Origin: Oceanispirochaeta sp.
GTDB lineage: Bacteria; Spirochaetota; Spirochaetia; DSM-2461
Direction of reading: 5' to 3'
Length of the DNA: 64,000 nucleotides
Assembly (NCBI GenBank): GCA_963666275.2
Contig: CAXXOA010000001.1
Location: 2,048,001 to 2,112,000 of the forward strand
Shown: one piece after another, positions 60,976 through 64,000 of the stretch
Numbering within the stretch: position 1 is the first letter of the stretch
Layout: every line of letters starts with the position of its first letter
Translations under genes and position numbers: made by a program
Notes under the pieces: generated by a model
Databases searched by the model: none
Seen by the model: the letters and a program-made list of their open reading frames with translations, nothing else
What the model was told of the DNA's origin: nothing

Positions 60976-63900
60976 TTTATGAGGATAAACTCCACTCTCC
61001 TGTTTTTCCATCGGTTTTCCAGATCGCTATGGGGCACAATAGGCATGGTTCCTCCCCGCCCTACGACATCCATCCGTGAGGACTGGATTCCCAGATCGGA
61101 CAGGGCATCCCTGACAGCCGCAGCCCGGCTGAGGGACAGAGGCTGCAGTTCCTCTTTTTCCTCCCTTGCGGCGCGGGAGGGATTATCATAATACTCGCTG
61201 ACCGCATGCCCTTCCACGACAATCTTGTAACTGCCGTACTTCTTCAGGACTTCAGAAAGCCGCTGCAGAACGTCCCTGTTTTTCTGTCCCTGCTCTCCTG
61301 CCGTGACAAGGGCTGCCTGGTAGGGCTGGAAGGTAATATTGGAGATCTGAACCTTAAGGTTGTTGCCGTCCCGGATAACAAGAATATCCACAGGGATCAG
61401 ACCGGTCCGGGTGGTTGAGTTCCCCAGAAGGTCTGTAATCCGCAGTTCATAGGGGTAATCTTCTGCAGACTGAACAAGCTCTCCCTGACGGGATCTTCCG
61501 TCCCAGATGATCCTTTCCGAAGGCCTTCCGTTACCGCCGAAGGAGATGAACTCTTTGCCTTTGGGATCCCTTATGACCATCTGCCAGTCTCTTATGGGAG
61601 AAAGATCCTTCACAGCCATGGAAATCCTCAGCTCATCATCGATGTTATCATCGTCCGGTGAGAAGGGCTGCGGTTCCAGACCTATTTCCACAAGGGGAGC
61701 GGAATTGTCCACAGTGAACTCCCGACTGTCGGCGACAGGCCGGTTTCCCTTGGTATAGTTGACTGTCAGCTGACCTTTATAGACTCCTTCCACCATAGCG
61801 CCGGTACTGCTCCGTCCGTCCCAGACAAGACTGGCGGGTACGGAACCTGTGCCGGTTTCCTCTCTGACAGCAGCTCCAGTTTCATCGAGAATGGCCAGAC
61901 GCCAGCTGTCGATCCCCTCTGTGTTTGTCACATGAGCAGTGAAAACCTGCTCGGGAATGGTTTCAGAAACCGGTGAGAAAAGAGTATTTTTGGCTGTCAG
62001 ATAGACGGGCGTTGATTTTGTATCAATCTGGATTCCAGAAAGGGTGAGCTCTTTGGAATTCCCGGCTCTGTCTGTGGAAGTGACGGCATAACTGTACAGA
62101 CCGTCAGGCAGGATGTTTCCGTTTTCATCGGTTCCGTCCCAGACGACATTTTCGACCTGGTCCTTCCAGAACCAGCTGTTCACAACCTGCCCTCGGCTGT
62201 CCATCAGAGACGCTTCGAACTCTTCCTCCCTGCTGGAAGTCTGAACAATCCGGACAATATCACGATTGCCGTCCCCGTCGGGAGAGAAAAGACCATAGGG
62301 AAGTGAAACTGTGATTTCAGGTGCTACCGTATCTTTCAGAAACTGGCCTGTTTTTGCCCCCGGCCTGTTTCCTTTGGCATAGAGAGCTTCAATCTCCGCT
62401 ATGTAGAGGCCGTCAGAGGCGGGAGTTCCGCTGTCCATAAGGCCGTCCCACTGCAGAACTGCCGGTGGGGCGGATTCTCCGCTCCAGGACTTCACAGGAT
62501 CACCTGTGCTTCCCTCCGCATCCACAGGAGATACAGTCAGAGACCATTCGGTTATGTTTTCAGGATCGTCTATGACCTGATAAAAACTGACAGTATCTTT
62601 GACTCCGTTTCTGTCGGGAGAGAACGCTTCATCGCTGACTGAGATCTGAACAGACATCTCCCTTGTATCAAGATTGATTCTATGGGGAGAGGAAACGCCC
62701 CGGTTTCCCGCTTTATCCACGGCTTCCAGAACCATGGTGTAGGTACCGTCGGGAACGGGTTTTCCCTCATTGTCATTGCCGTTCCAGACAATCACCGGAT
62801 CTGCTTTGCCTCTCCAGAAAAAGGATTTGACAGTTTCATTGCTGCTGTTCCTTATGAATCCCTCCCAGTAGTCCTCTTCAGAGGTATTCAGGGTCAGATC
62901 CAGAGAGTACTGGTTTCCCTCATCATTGAGGGTGAGGATATGCTCCCCTTCTATGGTTCCTCTGGGAGCCGTCGTATCGACATTGAACCAGGGAGAGTAA
63001 ACTTCGGGCTGATAACCGTTCTGATAGCGGACGGTCATGAACCCCTGATAGCGTCCCTCGGTGATAAATCCGCCCATGGGATTCTCTCCCGCATAGGAGA
63101 TCTCTTCGGGGACTTCAAGCACCCCTTCCTGCCGGCTGTTGTACTGCCAGGCAATATTTCCTCTGCTGTCCCGGACCTGGAGTTCCCACTCGAGGATTCC
63201 CGATGTAACAGGAATCCCAGTTCCGAAATGGATAACATCAGTTCCCTCCGGATTTCCCGGAGAAAGATAGGAGTTGTCTATGGACAGATTGACCGGAGGT
63301 TTTTCCGTATTCACAAGGATATCCACCAGGGTTTCCTCGTTGCGGTTGCCTGCCTTGTCTGTGGATTTTACAACATAGCTGTAGACACCGTCAGGGACGA
63401 TAGCTCCGGTGTCATCCTTACCGTCCCAGGCAAGAGTCTGGGGAGCGCCCTGTTCCCAGGTGTAGGTTCTGACGGGATTACCTCCCAGATCCAGAACCTG
63501 ACCTTCCCAGAAGAGTTCGGAGGAACCGCTTTGTTCAATAGTCAGAGAATCTTTGTTTCCGTCTCCGTCGGGTGAGAATATCAGATCGATTCCCCCGGAT
63601 TTTTCAAGGGAGATCTCAGGCTGAACCGTATCGATGGCAAACTCAAAGGTATCGGTTTCCGAAATATTGTCATTATCATCCCAGAACTGAAGTGTATAGG
63701 AGTACTCTCCGTCGGGCGCGACTTCTCCCGAATCCATAACTCCGTCCCAGCGGAAAGATTCGGGGATGGTTGTTCCTTTCTTTTCCGCAAACATGCGGTC
63801 GAAGATATTCTTAAAGGATTCATTTTCAGGCCGTTCGTCTTTGTTCCGGAACTCTTTCACCACTTCGCCGTCTTCATTTCTGACAGCCATGTAGTATCCC

Positions 63901-64000
63901 ATGACATAGCGCTCATCATCGACTGTAAAGGGAATATCAATTTCGTCCTGAACCCCGTTGAGGTCTGGAGAGATATAGACTTTTTCATCCTGTTCCAGAG
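60972..64000 (-). CDS. Partial: FlgD Ig-like repeat protein with C-terminal OmpA peptidoglycan-binding domain
   Basis: Frame open to window end; repeats FSPDGDG..D and WDG....G..VPDG.Y; IVVEGHA...LSLSRA...NRRVEF. Confidence 0.85.
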   Translation of the reverse strand, partial: LEQDEKVYISPDLNGVQDEIDIPFTVDDERYVMGYYMAVRNEDGEVVKEFRNKDERPENESFKNIFDRMFAEKKGTTIPESFRWDGVMDSGEVAPDGEYSYTLQFWDDNDNISETDTFEFAIDTVQPEISLEKSGGIDLIFSPDGDGNKDSLTIEQSGSSELFWEGQVLDLGGNPVRTYTWEQGAPQTLAWDGKDDTGAIVPDGVYSYVVKSTDKAGNRNEETLVDILVNTEKPPVNLSIDNSYLSPGNPEGTDVIHFGTGIPVTSGILEWELQVRDSRGNIAWQYNSRQEGVLEVPEEISYAGENPMGGFITEGRYQGFMTVRYQNGYQPEVYSPWFNVDTTAPRGTIEGEHILTLNDEGNQYSLDLTLNTSEEDYWEGFIRNSSNETVKSFFWRGKADPVIVWNGNDNEGKPVPDGTYTMVLEAVDKAGNRGVSSPHRINLDTREMSVQISVSDEAFSPDRNGVKDTVSFYQVIDDPENITEWSLTVSPVDAEGSTGDPVKSWSGESAPPAVLQWDGLMDSGTPASDGLYIAEIEALYAKGNRPGAKTGQFLKDTVAPEITVSLPYGLFSPDGDGNRDIVRIVQTSSREEEFEASLMDSRGQVVNSWFWKDQVENVVWDGTDENGNILPDGLYSYAVTSTDRAGNSKELTLSGIQIDTKSTPVYLTAKNTLFSPVSETIPEQVFTAHVTNTEGIDSWRLAILDETGAAVREETGTGSVPASLVWDGRSSTGAMVEGVYKGQLTVNYTKGNRPVADSREFTVDNSAPLVEIGLEPQPFSPDDDNIDDELRISMAVKDLSPIRDWQMVIRDPKGKEFISFGGNGRPSERIIWDGRSRQGELVQSAEDYPYELRITDLLGNSTTRTGLIPVDILVIRDGNNLKVQISNITFQPYQAALVTAGEQGQKNRDVLQRLSEVLKKYGSYKIVVEGHAVSEYYDNPSRAAREEKEELQPLSLSRAAAVRDALSDLGIQSSRMDVVGRGGTMPIVPHSDLENRWKNRRVEFILIK

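Overview
Chromosomal, mostly housekeeping DNA that looks like a free-living spirochaete (Spirochaetaceae-like). This is inferred from the murG-cvpA-holB-like-HK-sigma54 RR block, the divergent EF-G paralogues and the FlgD-Ig/OmpA protein. Contents: the sigma54 two-component/murG operon ending in trpR; three tandem tRNA-Val(TAC); hinT; class II RNR nrdJ with an NrdR-type box; two adjacent EF-G paralogues; one intact IS1182-family element; gltA, trmB, a periplasmic-binding sensor kinase pair, mfd, metK, amrS, tRNA-Asn, a ThrRS-N/uridine kinase fusion, clpC, lolCDE-like genes, ftsY, prfB (programmed +1 frameshift), a complete chemosensory cluster, rlmKL and a partial FlgD-repeat/OmpA gene. Best candidate for an undescribed system: a stand-alone Cas2/VapD-like gene with no cas1 and no CRISPR array in the window. 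It has its own, probably leaderless, sigma70 promoter and overlaps the true prfB start. Also notable: a soluble chemoreceptor-like protein with two signalling tips, a CheA with an MshEN-like insert, IS ends that supply terminators, and ORFs missing from the ORF track. All assignments come from visual motif recognition; no database searches were run.
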